Origin: an uncultured Rhodospirillales bacterium
GTDB taxonomy: Bacteria; Pseudomonadota; Alphaproteobacteria; Rhodospirillales; 2-02-FULL-58-16
DNA: 27,428 nucleotides
Direction of reading: 5' to 3'
Assembly: GCA_913053795.1 (NCBI GenBank)
Contig: CAJXGZ010000001.1
Location: forward strand, 1-27,428
A program made the position numbers and the translations under genes. A model generated the notes under the pieces. That model did not search any database, was not told the DNA's origin, and saw only the letters and a list, made by a program, of their open reading frames with translations. Of this stretch, positions 27,099 to 27,428 are shown piece after piece; position 1 is the stretch's first letter, and each line of letters starts with the position of its first letter.

Positions 27099-27251
27099 GT
27101 GTCTAGTACCCACTTTGAACCCAGAATCGTCGCCTTTCTGTGCAAGTGGTGCTCCTCGGCGGGCAGCGACCTCGCCGGCGTTTCGCGCATGCAGTACCCG
27201 GCCAACATCGTGCCGATCACCGTCATGTGCTCGTCGCGGGATGGCACGTAA
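27099..27251 (+). pseudogene. mvhD: MvhD (hydrogenase/Hdr-associated [2Fe-2S] subunit), truncated after ~47 codons
   Basis: [42 protein letters not shown], then DGT*. Family similarity stops at about 27240. Confidence 0.85.
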
Positions 27252-27273
27252 ACGCGGTCGCCGACCCGGTAAT

Positions 27274-27428
27274 TCATAGCCCGCTCCACTCGGGGATAAT
27301 GTCGAACCTGGGGTGAATGCCGGCCTTGTTGACGGGCCCGTCGGGCAGGCCCTCGTCTTCCCGGCAGAGCTCGCAGAGGATGATTTCCTCAACGCCGTCT
27401 CGGAATTCCAACGCCGCGACCGGCGCTA
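27274..27428 (-). CDS. 3' end of an unknown gene entering from beyond the window
   Basis: APVAALEFRDGVEEIILCELCREDEGLPDGPVNKAGIHPRFDIIPEWSGL*; coding-like codon use; ATGA overlap with a next minus-strand start at 27277. Confidence 0.5.
   Translation of the reverse strand, partial: APVAALEFRDGVEEIILCELCREDEGLPDGPVNKAGIHPRFDIIPEWSGL

Noticed and set aside
25929-27392. 487-aa and 251-aa minus-strand ORFs over hdrA
   Set aside because: Mostly antisense shadows of hdrA; only the stretch beyond about 27240 may belong to foreign genes.
1-27428. tRNA, rRNA, integrase or transposase genes
   Set aside because: None recognised by eye; an Infernal/tRNAscan and ISfinder search would be needed to exclude divergent ones.

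Overview
GC-rich chromosomal window whose gene order and sequences point to an alphaproteobacterium, probably Rhodospirillales-like (inference). Backbone: bifunctional aldolase/SDR (partial), M23 peptidase, xseA, purD, tadA, PuuD-like amidotransferase, rluB, rsmD, mutL, pgi, cheZ, cyclophilin, aspS and two hemerythrins. Accessory patches interrupt it: (i) a decayed amidohydrolase lipoprotein gene with AT-rich filler (774-1354); (ii) a 1.1-kb integrase-less insert bounded by a 92-bp duplication of the tadA 3' end, carrying an unknown 261-aa protein with a possible permuted papain-like His/Cys dyad; (iii) a REP-like-repeat-bounded island with a brnT-deleted brnTA locus, a DUF488 + unknown partner gene pair and a frameshifted higA; (iv) an island with a C-protein-like regulator and C-box, a thermonuclease of odd codon usage, a pseudogene and higA plus a higB tail. 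The last 6 kb is an hdrB-korD-korA-korB-korC-hdrA-mvhD operon (heterodisulfide reductase subunits interleaved with a 2-oxoacid:ferredoxin oxidoreductase). It lacks hdrC in view, and mvhD is cut off by unrelated DNA at about 27240. No tRNA, rRNA, CRISPR array, integrase or transposase was recognised.
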